From positions 75,814-139,813 of the forward strand of contig JBPOJE010000011.1 of NCBI GenBank assembly GCA_052033935.1: DNA of 64,000 nucleotides, given 5' to 3'. Each line of letters begins with the position of its first letter. The first letter of the stretch is position 1. The notes beneath the pieces were generated by a model, which did no database searches, had not been told where the DNA came from, and worked only from the letters and a program-made list of their open reading frames with translations. Shown here piece by piece: positions 19,127-28,350 of this stretch. This DNA is from Armatimonadota bacterium (GTDB taxonomy: Bacteria > Armatimonadota > UBA5829 > DSUL01). The position numbers and the translations under genes were made by a program.

Positions 19127-20318
19127 GATTCGGTACGCATCGCCCTGCGCCGGTACACCTGCGCGAATACATCCCGCTCTCCAGCCTCCTGGTAGGCCGC
19201 ATCGGTGGCCACGGAAGCGCCCCTGTCGAAGTCGTACCCTTCCACACGCGGTACCGTGACGAGATCAACGATAATAGTGCGCTCGGTCTGCGGGTCGTCT
19301 GCCAAGTTACCATGCGAGACTGCACAGGCGTGAAAGAGGTTGAAGCCCTGCGCGTGTTCAGCCACCAGTTTCATCTGGAGCGACGCAACCGCTAACGCGC
19401 TCTTCAGCTTGAAGTTATCAGCGATCGGAGCATCGCCGTCATACAAGAGCAATGGTGTCACCACGCGTTACGCTTGTGGATACGTCGCCCCTGTTCACCC
19501 GAATACCAGCGGCGCGCGACTGATCCTGGACGTAGAGATAGCCGCCGCTAGTGGTCCCGTGGGTCACAACGACGTCCTCGAAAAAACACCAAGGTACCGT
19601 CTCCCCACAGTCGCCGGTGCCAAACTTGGGGCCGCCCCCAGCGCTCAGGTTGATATCATTGCCGTCCACCGTGATAATGTCAGCCACCCGCGCCACGCGT
19701 TGCGACGTAGTAGCGGGCGTCGAGCAGTAGATACGCAGAACGTCCCGCCCTCCATCGTCGGCAATGTCCATGTATTACTGGGAGTTAAGGTCCGTACCCT
19801 CCGCAACTATGCGCTTGTTCTTGAGACCGACAAGATCTCCGTCCTCCGCTGCCAGGGCGTCCGCGACAGTCGCCAGCCACGCAAATTCACAGTGGCTGCC
19901 AGAGGGTGTGCCACCGTCCCCCAACACGTTCATCCCCCCTGCCGCCACTGGCGGCGTGGGCATTGCCAGAACCGTGCCTTCGGCATCCACATAGGCATAG
20001 ACCATCGCTCCGTCAACTGCGCGTGTGCCATCGGCAAGCGTGCACATAAATCCCGCAACGTCCACGGGCTGATCCTACTGAATGCCGAAGATGCTGATGG
20101 AGGCGGGGGATCTCAACAGCGGGGTCGGTACGGTCTCGTACGACCAGGCGGCGCTCGTTCGCGTTCGCAGAGGTGACCAAGACGCCGCTCAGGGTGACGG
20201 CGGTGTATCGGGCGCTGTCTGCGCCGCTCCTACCACCGCAGCAATCTGAGCACGAACGGATCCATAGGGCGTTACGGCGGCCACGCTTAGCGCGGCCCAA
20301 AGCACGAGAAACCTCATC
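19117..20318 (-). pseudogene. degraded secreted protein gene (at least 3 frameshifts); fragments resemble the C-terminal region of the 39532-44487 beta-helix protein
   Basis: Signal peptide MRFLVLWAALSVAAV at ~20318, then three successive minus-strand ORF fragments (19775-20065, 19439-19771, 19117-19464). GGYLYVQDQSRAAGIRVN resembles GRLYIQDPDRSSGIAVI of the giant protein. Confidence 0.3.
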
Positions 20319-20449
20319 AGAACCTCCAGTCCCGCCTTCCGGCGGACGGACACTGCGGCAATCTCCCGCGGACACGCAACCAAGCTTATTATACCATATA
20401 GAGGCCGCACTGCATCACCGGGTCCGGCAGCAGAGATGCTGGACATCGA

Positions 20450-20940
20450 GCGATCACAGATCGCCGGAACCCGGCCTCAGATTGCAAATCCGAGGCCAGC
20501 AGTGAGTCCAACAGGTACCACGTCATCCCGAACCGTACCACACGTCATCCTTCACCACACCACGTCGTCCTGAACTTGATTCAGGACCCACCTGCACCAA
20601 CCGACTGGAGCCGGATCGAGTCCGGCATGATGTGATCAAGTGCGCCGGGCTACGCTTGGCGCGCCGGACGGATCGGGAGATTGTGCAGTACCGCCCCAAA
20701 CACTGGCCGCGATGACGCCTTCGCCGGAACCTGGACTCCCGAGTCCAGCAGGTACCACGTCATCCTGCACCATACCACGTCGTCCTGAACTTGATTCAGG
20801 ACCCACCCGCGCCAGCCGACTGGATGCCGGATCGAGTCCGGCATGACGTGATCAAGTGCGCCGGGCTACGCTTGGCGCGCCGGATGGGCGATCTGTGATC
20901 GCCCGAACCTGGCCTCGGATTTGCAATCCGAGGCCAGCAG
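20450..20940. repeat. array of about 2.3 tandem multi-hairpin structured repeat units (~215 bp each)
   Basis: Ordered hairpins H4-H5-H1-H2-H3-(H4)-H5'-H1-H2-H3-H4-H5. Units 20556-20720 and 20775-20940 share near-identical cores CGTCGTCCTGAACTTGATTCAGGACCCACC ... GCCGGATCGAGTCCGGCATGA ... GGGCTACGCTTGGCGCGCCGGA. Confidence 0.6.
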
Positions 20941-20967
20941 GGACCCACCTGGCTCGGGACAGTACTA

Positions 20968-22179
20968 CTAGAACACCAGGTTGTGCATGCCCCGCCAGCG
21001 GTGGTCGCGGAAGGGCTTATTGTGGATGCCGAGCCAGATGTCCGCCAGGTCGCTCTCGGCCTTCAGAAGCGCCATCAGCGCGTAGGCGGTGGCGCGCATA
21101 TTGACGCACCGGCGGCCGGGGCGATTCTCCTCCTTGCCCTCGTAAGCGCCGTGGAACGCGCCGTCCATGCGGCCGTCGCCGGTATCGAGATACTGCGTCG
21201 GAAGGAGTTTCTCAAGCGCCCTGTCCGCCGCGGCCAAAAGGGCGTCGTCCTTCAGCAGCGTCCCGTAGTCACGCAGGATCATCCCGGCGACGGGAACCGC
21301 CGACGGACGTAGCCCGCCCGTCCAGCCACCGTCGGGCTCCTGCTGCCCCACAAGCCAACGCGCGAACAGCGCCCCGCGCTCGATGAACGAACGGTCGCCG
21401 AAAAGCTCCGAGGCCTGGATCATCATCGCCGCGCCGTGGTCGTCATTGTAGGCGTGTTGATGGAGGAAGGCCTCGCCTTCCTTCGGGCTGGTGATCTCGT
21501 TTGTAAACGGGTCGCGCTCGAGAATGAGCTTGCCCGAATCGGTGATGAAATCGTCGCGGTAGATTGTGGCGATGGGCAGCAGCCCCTTCTCGATGAACTT
21601 CGCGTCGCCCGTCAGGCGGAACAGGTCGTAGAGGAACAGGCCCGCGCCGGACTGGAACGACCCGCGCGAATAGAAGTTGTCCATCGCGCCGTCCATATAG
21701 ATTGCGTACATCGGCCAGCCGCGGTACATCCCCCGGTCCACGAGCCAGTCCCCAAACAGCCGCGCGCGCTCCAGATACAGGCTGTTTCCCGTCGCCTCGG
21801 CCAGCCACACCAAGCCCCAGGCGGCGCTTGCCGCATCGCGCGGAGCGAACTCGATGCTCTGGGGGATCAGCTCGCGGATGGCGCCGAAGTGCCTGTCGCG
21901 CTGGTCCATCACCTGCAGCGACATAACGTAGCGCCCCGCGCGCTCGGCGGCTTCGAGGCAGGCCACATCGCCCGTTCGCTTCCACAACGCCGCCAGCGCC
22001 GCCGCCATGCTCCCGGTCATCCAGTTGCCGGTCAGCACAAGCTCGCCCGTATCCATGTCGTAGCTGCGGACGCAGCGCCCGTTGTTGGCGTCCTGCCGAT
22101 CGGTGATCTGGTTGCGCATCATCCAACCACCACACAGGACGGCGCGTTCCAGCAGCAGGCCCTTGTTCTGAGATCTCAT
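20968..22179 (-). CDS. six-hairpin (alpha/alpha)6 glycosidase-like protein
   Basis: 403 aa. Repeated Trp-rich helices (GNWMTGSMAAALAALWKRTGD, AAWGLVWLAEATGNSLYLERARLFGDWLV) typical of GH88/GH105/AGE-like toroid folds. Last gene of the minus-strand operon. Confidence 0.55.
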   Translation of the reverse strand: MRSQNKGLLLERAVLCGGWMMRNQITDRQDANNGRCVRSYDMDTGELVLTGNWMTGSMAAALAALWKRTGDVACLEAAERAGRYVMSLQVMDQRDRHFGAIRELIPQSIEFAPRDAASAAWGLVWLAEATGNSLYLERARLFGDWLVDRGMYRGWPMYAIYMDGAMDNFYSRGSFQSGAGLFLYDLFRLTGDAKFIEKGLLPIATIYRDDFITDSGKLILERDPFTNEITSPKEGEAFLHQHAYNDDHGAAMMIQASELFGDRSFIERGALFARWLVGQQEPDGGWTGGLRPSAVPVAGMILRDYGTLLKDDALLAAADRALEKLLPTQYLDTGDGRMDGAFHGAYEGKEENRPGRRCVNMRATAYALMALLKAESDLADIWLGIHNKPFRDHRWRGMHNLVF

Positions 22180-22197
22180 GGCATCACCCCGGCAGTA

Positions 22198-24747
22198 TCA
22201 ATCGAACACAAACGCACGGAACCTGCGCGTATCGTGGTTGAGGCCGCGCGGCTTTGATCCCCACGCGGACACATTCATCCAGTGCGGCCCAAGCTCTTCG
22301 GAGAGCACGGATGCGTGGTCGTTGCGGATCAGGTTCATCATCCACACCCGCCCCTTCACGTCACCCGTCACGCCGAGGGCGGCAAAGGGAATCCGGTAAA
22401 CGGCCGTCCACACGCCCGCCTCCTTCGACGTGCTGACCTGCCAGCCGCCCGTCCAGTCAAAATCGAACGCCCCCGTCTCGGGCTGGCGGCCGTCGAACTG
22501 AACCCCATTCGCATTCGCGATAAGCTGGAAGTACGGACGCCCAAGCCCGTTTGTGTTGATGAACACCTCCGTGGAGTCGTCCTCCCAGACGATGCCATCG
22601 CGCTGCGTGACGTTGAGAACAAGCCGGTCCATGGCGGCCTCGTAGCAGGTGAACGCAATCCAGAGGGCGTCATCGGTATAGAGCATCCTCGCCTCGGTCG
22701 GGTCTTCCACTTCACCATTGTCGTTACCCAGCAGGAACGGCTGCAGGACGACGGCGCTCTCCCAGGCTGAGTCCTTGAGGCCATCGGCAAGAACGGGCGC
22801 TTTCGGCGCCTTCAGGATGCGCGAGGGCTCCGGGAATTTCTCCTCCCACGCGCCGCTGTACAGATCGAACCTGCCCAGCTTCTGCTCATCGAGCACAGCC
22901 CTGATCCGCGACAGCTCAGCGTCCACGCGCTCGCGCGCTTCCCGGCTCCAGGCTTCGGCCTGCGCCGTGTTTCCCGTCCGGACAGCCATCATCACGCGAG
23001 ATTCATGCGTCGGCCACCAGTATTCCGGATACTGCAAATCGAGAATGGCGCGCGCCGCGCGGACGGTTGCCCGCGCGGGCTCGATATACGTCCGCCGGAT
23101 TGTCTGCTCGTCGAGCATCGCGCCCGTATGCGGCCCGCGCGCGACTCGCTCGACCGCATCCGCAAATTCATCGAGAGCCTTTGCCGCCTTCTCCCGCCCG
23201 GTGAGGTCCTTGAGCCTGGGCGGCCAGGCTCCGTCCATGTTGTCGGTGGGGCGGCCGGGCTGGTCAGGCAAAAAGTGGAAGTGAGACTTGAGTTCCACCA
23301 GAGCGTTGTCCATTTCCAGCGCCTGCGCCACCATCGCGGGGCCATATATGCAACTGAGCAGCCTGCGCCGGTGCGCGTCCCAGTCTTCGAGTTCCGGCGC
23401 CCACGCCCACAGGCCCATAATCCCCGGCACCATATAGTCGGGCCACGCAGACCCGCCCCAGGGCATGACGGCCTGCACCACGGCGCCCGATCCTGCCAGT
23501 TCTTCCCAGCTCGGCTCGTGCCACCCTTCCGAAAGCGCCGGAAGCTCCATGAACGCCGCCGCCCCGTCCGCGCGGGTGCTGCCGTTGTCAATGTGCGTGA
23601 ACCCCCCGCGCGGACGCGGCCAGTTGTGCCACCAGCAGGGCTTGTTCTTGAACCCCAGCGACCGGTAATCCCGCAACCCTTCGCGCGAAGGAAGCGGGGT
23701 GAAGAACAGCATCGCGTTCTCCATCCCCGGGACGGCGGCGGTCTTGCGGTTTGTTTCGCCAAGGATCGTTTTGTAAGACTCCGAGCCGGGGGTCATCGCG
23801 ATCTTCTCGCCCGTAATGCCGTGCTTCTTGCCGAGCGCGACGATTCGCCGGATGAGGTCGAAGGACGTGCCCATCCGCTTGTCGCCGCCGGGGTCGTCAA
23901 TGGAGATCCAGAGCCCGTCCGCGCCGAGTCCGATAAACTGCTCGTACATCCTGATGACGTCGTCATGATACTTCGCGGGCACGGCGCAGTTGACGGTGGC
24001 GAACACGAATATGCCGCGGCGGTGCGACTCGCGGATGATTTCGCGGATAGGCTTCTCGTCCAGCTTCAGCGTTGGGTAGGTGCCGTAGATGGCGCTGCCC
24101 TGCCGCAGGTCCACGAAGTTGATGCGCGCGAACGCGAAGTTGTCGAAAGTGCCGGGCCGGAAGTAGGTCGGCATGCCTGCGTGCGGACGCCCTCTCCAGC
24201 GGATGCTGGGGCGGTCGCGGACTGCGGCAGCTTCCAGCGCCAGATCATCACCCTTTTCGCTCAGGAGCTGGGACAGCGTATCCTGGCCGTAAATGACACC
24301 ACGCGGATTGCTCCCGCCGGCGAGCGCGACATCGCGCGAGCCGCTCCGTCCGCAGTGAATAACGTAGCCATCCCAGCCGGGCACGGACTCCGAAAGGGTG
24401 AGCTTCCATTCGCGGCAGAGCCGATCGGCGAGGGCGCAGGTGGAACGCTGGCCGAGGACAATCAGAGCCGAGTACGGCTTCAGGTCTTCGTTCTCACGGA
24501 CGACGGGGATGGCGGCGTTCCAGCGCTTCGCGGCGGTCTGGCGAAGAGCTTCAGCGGCATACTCTTCGGGTTCCGTTGCCCGCGCGCCGATGACAATCGC
24601 CGTCTTTCCCGCGGGAAGTGTGACCGTGCGATTGAGCCACGTCAGCTTCTTGGGCACGGGGAATACCTCGGGCCGCGCGGCACCGGCATACGACGCGGCC
24701 AGCGACAGCACGAGGACAAATAGCGCAATCAGGCTTTTTTCGAACAT
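22198..24747 (-). CDS. secreted putative glycoside hydrolase with C-terminal CBM9-like (DOMON-like) domain
   Basis: Start MFEKSLIALFVLVLSLAASYAGA at 24747 overlaps the upstream stop (ATGA). C-terminal region (WIAFTCYEAAMDRL ... YFQLIANANGVQFDG ... WTGGWQVSTSKEAGVWTAVYRIPFAALG) is CBM9-like. Catalytic family unresolved; the Asp pair in LWISIDDPGG is possibly GH20/GH84-like. Confidence 0.5.
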   Translation of the reverse strand: MFEKSLIALFVLVLSLAASYAGAARPEVFPVPKKLTWLNRTVTLPAGKTAIVIGARATEPEEYAAEALRQTAAKRWNAAIPVVRENEDLKPYSALIVLGQRSTCALADRLCREWKLTLSESVPGWDGYVIHCGRSGSRDVALAGGSNPRGVIYGQDTLSQLLSEKGDDLALEAAAVRDRPSIRWRGRPHAGMPTYFRPGTFDNFAFARINFVDLRQGSAIYGTYPTLKLDEKPIREIIRESHRRGIFVFATVNCAVPAKYHDDVIRMYEQFIGLGADGLWISIDDPGGDKRMGTSFDLIRRIVALGKKHGITGEKIAMTPGSESYKTILGETNRKTAAVPGMENAMLFFTPLPSREGLRDYRSLGFKNKPCWWHNWPRPRGGFTHIDNGSTRADGAAAFMELPALSEGWHEPSWEELAGSGAVVQAVMPWGGSAWPDYMVPGIMGLWAWAPELEDWDAHRRRLLSCIYGPAMVAQALEMDNALVELKSHFHFLPDQPGRPTDNMDGAWPPRLKDLTGREKAAKALDEFADAVERVARGPHTGAMLDEQTIRRTYIEPARATVRAARAILDLQYPEYWWPTHESRVMMAVRTGNTAQAEAWSREARERVDAELSRIRAVLDEQKLGRFDLYSGAWEEKFPEPSRILKAPKAPVLADGLKDSAWESAVVLQPFLLGNDNGEVEDPTEARMLYTDDALWIAFTCYEAAMDRLVLNVTQRDGIVWEDDSTEVFINTNGLGRPYFQLIANANGVQFDGRQPETGAFDFDWTGGWQVSTSKEAGVWTAVYRIPFAALGVTGDVKGRVWMMNLIRNDHASVLSEELGPHWMNVSAWGSKPRGLNHDTRRFRAFVFD

Positions 24748-26240
24748 CAGAACACCTCTCCTGTGGGATTCGGGGCTTCGGGATACACGGCGAAGAGCCT
24801 GGCGCCGCGGCTCTTCAGGAGCAGCCGGACAGGGCACCCGGCGAGAGAACTTACATCCGCGCTTCGCTTCCAGGTGAGAACATGCGCGGTGTCGTTGGTC
24901 TGGATGCGGTCGGAGTCCTCCAGTCCAAAGCCCGGGATCTCCCACCCCTTCTCGTCCAGAAGCGCCGCGTGCGCCTCGCCGCTAGCGGATGTGTCTATGT
25001 TGATGCGAAGCTGTGGCGCGCCGATCTGAAAAGGCACCGTGACCAGTCGGCCGCCTTGATAGCCGCTGTCGGCCGAGACGAGGCCGTCCATTCGCTGCTC
25101 CACACGGAACGCCACGGGCTGACCGAGTTGCGGCTGGAAGCGCGGTTTCGGGTTCCGCGGTGTACGATCCTGGCCGTGCGTGCGTGCGCTACCGACGTAG
25201 TACTGCTGCAGAGTCCGCTCACCCGGTATCGCCCCCATCAGCATGTGCATCTGCTTCGAGCAGGGGCCACCGGGAAGGTCGAGGCGCACGTAGCTGCCCC
25301 GGAAGTCGCGCTGCCACAGCACCCCTCCGCGGCTGGCAGCGAACTGAAGGTCAAGCGTACCGTCGTTGATGAACCCCTCGGGAGGCGGCGGATAGTGGAA
25401 GTAGAGCGTCGGAAACGCGAAATACACTCCCGGACAGTAGTGGACAGCCGCCGCCTGGTAGAGGTCCGCCTCCGGCGGGTCGAATTCGTCCATCGCGAGT
25501 ACTTTCGGCAGTTCGCGATTGATGGGCGGCAGAGGCCGGATCGGCATCCCATCCGCGTCCGGACGCCACATGCCGTGGTCCCACGGGTCGGGAGCGTTCT
25601 CCCGGACGGGCAACGGCTTGAACAGGTCGTCCGTCTCGGCGAGAACAACCATGCGGCCGCCCCTTGCGGGAGGAACCGGACGGCTACGGTCGCCGCCCCG
25701 AAGATAGATCCGGTAGCAACCGGCTTCCTCGTCCCAGAAGGCGGACATATGGTTGTCGGTGTGATGCTCCAGCAACAGCCCCGGTGCCCGCTTGAAGCGC
25801 AGGCCGTCCGGTGAGGTCATCAGAAAGGTACCCTCGAACGGACGATGCAGGATCATCTTGAACCGGTGCTCGTCCGGCCCGGTCGGATCAACGAAAACGC
25901 AGATCTCGTCTGGCGAGAGGCCCTGCATGTCCACCAGATTGTTCCACTTCGAGCCCGCGAACTCAACGACGCCGAGATCGGGCCGCGACCATTCCAGGCC
26001 GTCATTGCTCGTCAGAAACGCCAGCGCCCCCGTGTCGCCGATCTTGACCCGGCAGTAGAGACGATACTCGTCGTCCCACCGCACGATCGAGGCAGGGCGT
26101 AGCGCCTCCAGCTCCCATTCCTTCTCGATATGAACGCAGGCACCCCGCTTCAGGGGCGGGTTCATGGTGAGCGTGACGTTGTGCAGCGACTCGATGCCGC
26201 TCATGTCGAAGAACAGCAGCCTTCTGTCCCGAAAGATCAT
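24747..26240 (-). CDS. hypothetical protein (497 aa), possible beta-propeller glycosidase-like
   Basis: Stop/start overlaps with both neighbours (translational coupling); no confident family assignment. Confidence 0.5.
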   Translation of the reverse strand: MIFRDRRLLFFDMSGIESLHNVTLTMNPPLKRGACVHIEKEWELEALRPASIVRWDDEYRLYCRVKIGDTGALAFLTSNDGLEWSRPDLGVVEFAGSKWNNLVDMQGLSPDEICVFVDPTGPDEHRFKMILHRPFEGTFLMTSPDGLRFKRAPGLLLEHHTDNHMSAFWDEEAGCYRIYLRGGDRSRPVPPARGGRMVVLAETDDLFKPLPVRENAPDPWDHGMWRPDADGMPIRPLPPINRELPKVLAMDEFDPPEADLYQAAAVHYCPGVYFAFPTLYFHYPPPPEGFINDGTLDLQFAASRGGVLWQRDFRGSYVRLDLPGGPCSKQMHMLMGAIPGERTLQQYYVGSARTHGQDRTPRNPKPRFQPQLGQPVAFRVEQRMDGLVSADSGYQGGRLVTVPFQIGAPQLRINIDTSASGEAHAALLDEKGWEIPGFGLEDSDRIQTNDTAHVLTWKRSADVSSLAGCPVRLLLKSRGARLFAVYPEAPNPTGEVF

Positions 26241-28342
26241 TTCTTGCCTCCCGCGGTCGCGGCCTTCAGCCGCGGCTGAATCTCTTGCCAGCGCCCGCTG
26301 ACTTCCTGCATCAGTGAAGGGTTGGATGTGACAACAAGCATCTCGGCGATGTCTATGTCGTGCAACTCCGCCGAATACTTGCCGCCCTCCGGCTTCAGTT
26401 CAACAGGCGCGATGCCCGCCGGCCCCACCCGGAACGCTGATGCCGGCTTGAGCCATCCGGGCAGCGTGAGGGTGAGCGGCGCTTTGGGGACGGGTTTGAA
26501 GACGGTACCCTGGCGGTCAGACAGCACTTCTCTGTTGATGAGCGTGACAATCGCCGTGTCCGTGCCGCTGAACAGGGTGCGCGACATCAGCCAGAACGGG
26601 CAGGTAGCCACGAACGGATCCACCATCGTGCCCGACACCGCGCCCGGGCAGGAGCGGGCCAGCAGCGGAAGCACCGCCCGCGCCTCGGCGTTCAGTTCGG
26701 CCATGTTGCGCAGCAGCGCCTTCGCCTCGGGCACGTCGGCCCCGACCCCGTAGCACTCGTCGTAAGGGGTGAACCACCAGTACGAGATTCCCTTCGCGCC
26801 CGCTCCGAGCGCAAGGTAGAACTGCATGCGGTTCTCCTCGGGAGTGGGAAAGCGGAACGCGCCCTCCTCCGAGCGGTAGGACGTGCTGCAGAGGATGACG
26901 TGCGTCGGGCGCGGCTCGGAGGTCCAGCGAGCGATCTCCGCCGCCCCCCAAACATACATCGGCTGAGTGTACTGGGGCAGGCGGACGGGATGCCGGTTGT
27001 ACGCGAGCTGAATCTCGCCCATGTAGTACGGGTCGAGGCAGTTGATGTCCGCCAGCCTCCCGTAGGTGATCCAGTTATCTACTTTGCAGGTGTTGTCTAT
27101 GTTCAGCAGACAGAGGGTGCGGCGATCGGTGTTGCTCCATTTCGCCTGCCGCTCCACCACGCCCTGCCCCAGGCTTCCCAGACGCTTCTCGTTGGGAAGA
27201 TCGCTCACGCTGTAGTCGTGGGCGTCCGGCTCATCGTACAGGAACCGGCAGTAAACGATCGGGTTGCGGATGTCGTCGGGGTTCGGATCGGACGACATGA
27301 CGCGCATGCCGAGACCGTCGAGCATCTTCATTCCTTCGCTGCTCACGAGAAAGCCACTCTGCTCACCGGCCATGCGCATGTGCGTGTTGAACAGGTTCTC
27401 GGCAAACACCCACGAGACACCCCGCGCGCGCTCTTCGGGGGAGTTGCCGTCGTGACGGTAGCCCCACATCCCGAGCGCGTAGAAGTCGTCCCGGGCGCGC
27501 ACGACAGCGCGGGCGATGGAACCGTCTTCGGCGGTAGCGGCAACATGGTGGAAGGAGCCGTACTCCCACGCCTTCGGAAGTGGCGCTTCAACCGGCAGGA
27601 AGGCCGACTGGCTGTCGAGCCAGGCTCCGGCGGGCAGCCTGACGGGGACGCCGTCGAGCTGCAGCGTTTTGAGCCGGAACCCCTTGTCGTCCTCGTGGCG
27701 CAGGTACAGGTAGATGCGGCTGATCGCCTTGTCGAAGTTCACGGATGCGATGCGCAGGCGCGGCGCGCCGGCCGGGCTGACGCTGGCCTTCCGCGCTGCT
27801 CCGCCCGCGGTGGCGACACCGACGGACAGGCTCTTTGCGGCGGGAACCCGGCGCAGCCGGACCGTTACCTCAGCCACCCCGCCGGGCGGCACCGGGTTCG
27901 GTCTCACCTGATACCAGAGCGGCTCGCCCATCTCGTCCAGCCGCGCGGCCACGTCCTTCGGTGTGCGGTCAGGCTTGTTGAGATGGTAGCTCGCGGCCTG
28001 AATGCCGCCGCGGTCTATGTGGCCGGGAACGATGTGCTTCGCCAGGTCTATCCCGTCGAGCAGAACGGCAGTCACCTGCGCTGGCTGCAAGCCGCTGTTG
28101 AGGACGTAGCCCTGCACGTACGCGCCGGGCTTGATCTCCTCGGCATACGGCGGCGCAAGGCCGAACTCATCGCGCAGCAGCCAGCCACCAATGACAAAGC
28201 GCGACAGCGAGGGAAAGGCCCGGTCGGCCTCGACAGATGCCGACAGCAGCCTGATGCTGTCGGCCGCAGCCGCGGGGCCGCGGAGGGCGGCGATACCCAG
28301 CAGGATGAGGACGGAAACGAGCCAGATGCGAGGCTTGTTCAT
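26237..28342 (-). CDS. secreted hypothetical protein (~701 aa)
   Basis: Start chosen at MNKPRIWLVSVLILLGIAALRGPAAAADS (signal peptide), directly after the upstream gene's stop at 28351. The longer ORF upstream of this Met overlaps the membrane-protein gene. Confidence 0.5.
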   Translation of the reverse strand: MNKPRIWLVSVLILLGIAALRGPAAAADSIRLLSASVEADRAFPSLSRFVIGGWLLRDEFGLAPPYAEEIKPGAYVQGYVLNSGLQPAQVTAVLLDGIDLAKHIVPGHIDRGGIQAASYHLNKPDRTPKDVAARLDEMGEPLWYQVRPNPVPPGGVAEVTVRLRRVPAAKSLSVGVATAGGAARKASVSPAGAPRLRIASVNFDKAISRIYLYLRHEDDKGFRLKTLQLDGVPVRLPAGAWLDSQSAFLPVEAPLPKAWEYGSFHHVAATAEDGSIARAVVRARDDFYALGMWGYRHDGNSPEERARGVSWVFAENLFNTHMRMAGEQSGFLVSSEGMKMLDGLGMRVMSSDPNPDDIRNPIVYCRFLYDEPDAHDYSVSDLPNEKRLGSLGQGVVERQAKWSNTDRRTLCLLNIDNTCKVDNWITYGRLADINCLDPYYMGEIQLAYNRHPVRLPQYTQPMYVWGAAEIARWTSEPRPTHVILCSTSYRSEEGAFRFPTPEENRMQFYLALGAGAKGISYWWFTPYDECYGVGADVPEAKALLRNMAELNAEARAVLPLLARSCPGAVSGTMVDPFVATCPFWLMSRTLFSGTDTAIVTLINREVLSDRQGTVFKPVPKAPLTLTLPGWLKPASAFRVGPAGIAPVELKPEGGKYSAELHDIDIAEMLVVTSNPSLMQEVSGRWQEIQPRLKAATAGGKK

Positions 28343-28350
28343 TTCAGCAC

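Noticed and set aside
20556-20720. Annotating the repeat unit as a tRNA pseudogene
   Set aside because: T-arm-like hairpin and one copy's 7-bp terminal complementarity are suggestive, but D-arm pairing is absent, position 33 is C, and other copies lack acceptor complementarity. Kept as speculation within the repeat finding.
15190-20950. Calling the 15-21-kb region a prophage, integron or transposon
   Set aside because: No integrase, transposase, attC-like sites or phage genes. Only structured repeats, a 21-bp direct repeat and duplicated cargo genes. Described as a repeat-mediated insertion/duplication instead.
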